From positions 114,206,001 to 114,270,000 of the forward strand of contig NW_024704742.1 of NCBI RefSeq assembly GCF_018977255.1: 64,000 nucleotides of DNA. The letters run 5' to 3'. Positions 62,355 to 64,000 of the stretch are shown here, one piece after another. Source of the DNA: Callorhinchus milii (lineage: Eukaryota). Numbering within the stretch: position 1 is the first letter of the stretch; each line of letters begins with the position of its first letter. The translations under genes and the position numbers were made by a program. The notes below the pieces were generated by a model. The model was not told the origin of the DNA and made no database searches. It saw only the letters and a list, made by a program, of their open reading frames with translations.

Positions 62355-64000
62355 AAAGGCAGTGTATATATGTGAGTTAGATAGTGTAACACATTACACA
62401 AGGATGGTACACACATCAGTTACACTTGCTACTTTAAATTTTCATCAAACTATTCCAGTACTTATTCTCTTACAAAACAAGCCAATAAATTATATCTAAA
62501 GTGAACAATATTAGGCATTGGCAAATGATTGTATTAAGAAATGCAAATGTCAATAAGGATATCGATGTATATGTTATACCCTACATCTTCTACTTATCAC
62601 ATTGATTAAAATTCTGTTATTCTACTATGTAATTCATCTATTGAAATAAAATGCAGATGGCATCACTGAACACAGCAGGAATAGTTTACTCATTAAAGCG
62701 ATCTTCCTTTCCACTAAATCCTTCTCATATGTTCAATGCTGTTTTTTAAACATGTGGAATAAACTAAAATCAATAACATATGGTTCAAATTGAGGGTGCT
62801 CAATTAAATTAGTACACTTCTTGAAAAATATTGCACTCCTGAGCATTGTCACTTCACAACTAGTCAAATTATTATGACTTAATTTAAATACATCATGATT
62901 AAATATGTAACAGATATCTCCCAGCATCACTGGGTTGGTTTTAAGCTTGTGCAAACATGAATGCTCACTCTATTGTTTGAGAGCCAAACATTACAGCTGT
63001 ATTTACTCAATGTTCAATTAAATGTGTATAAGCTTTAGGGTTAAGTTTATTAATTTGTAGTCAACATTTCTAAATCTGCTATATTCAATACTCATCAATA
63101 ATAATCATGGTTCAGGAATCAAGGAAAACCAAGACACAGTACCACAGAGTGGTGGAATGTGTGCATACACCTGCAACGAGTTTTCAATGTACCAAGGGAG
63201 TAAGTTGATGCCAGGTGCTTCCCTTTGTGTGTGTAATGGGGAAAGAAGGGGAGGAAAAACTACAAATTGGTGGGAATCATATCATGGAATACACTTTCAC
63301 AGCCCTTGGCATGAGATTCAGCATTTGTGGAAACCTGTGCAACTCTTTAATAACATGATCATCTGGATCCAATATCTCAAAGGCTACATTGTGACCAAGA
63401 TCAAAAAAGTCTGACTTCTGGGTTATCACGTTGTCTGATGTCACTTCTGCACCCACGTGAACTGTGTGCATGTAGCTGTAATGACGTTACTTCCTGCATG
63501 AAGTGACACCCGCAGCTCATCACGTACATGGTGTACAGGAAGCGACTTCAACAACAACTTCAGTTGTTTCCTGCGCAAGCACGCAACATGCAACGAAGGG
63601 AGACAGCCAGTCAAGTGTAATGGGATTTACAGTTGACCTGAGCTCTATGTGAACCATGTTCTACTATACTAACAGGGTCATCCGGTATAGATGGATCACA
63701 GAAGAATGAGAGGAGTGAAAGAGAAAATAAAATAACTCGAAAGAGAAGTTTTATCTTCCCAAACATGACACATTTAAAGACAATTTATTGAGCAGGTAAG
63801 CTATGAAAATTCTCATGCTTGTTATAAACAATTTAAGGATTTCTTGAAAACACAAGACATGCATTAAAAAAGGTTCACTTCTGTATCAGAATTCTAACAC
63901 TGAATTCAAAGCTATATTCAAAAATAAAATGAAATATGAAGATAGATCACAGAAGGAAACAAAATGTTATGATTATTTTTTCCAAGGGTATCAATTCTAA

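Overview
Vertebrate genomic DNA, most likely a cartilaginous fish, possibly a chimaera such as elephant shark. This is inferred from the L2/CR1 LINEs, the Deu-domain SINEs and an abundant tRNA-Ala-headed SINE with an L2-type tail. The right half holds the last five coding exons of SSBP2 on the minus strand, with canonical GT-AG boundaries and matching phases, followed by a repeat-free stretch of about 5.5 kb that is probably a long 3' UTR. The left half holds, by my manual reading, a decayed unitary pseudogene of ACOT12, the gene downstream of SSBP2 in human. Remnants of about 15 exons lie in the expected order between 21.2 kb and 1.56 kb. Most are damaged by indels or stops, but the terminal exon is intact. 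At 29.3-30.2 kb there is a fossil hAT transposase with a CGGBP1-like N-terminus, an in-frame intron and a hAT dimerisation domain. The rest is LINE, SINE, LTR and MITE debris with several nested insertions and templated duplications. Almost all listed six-frame ORFs are artefacts of repeats. Protein comparisons are by eye against remembered human sequences, and no database search was run.
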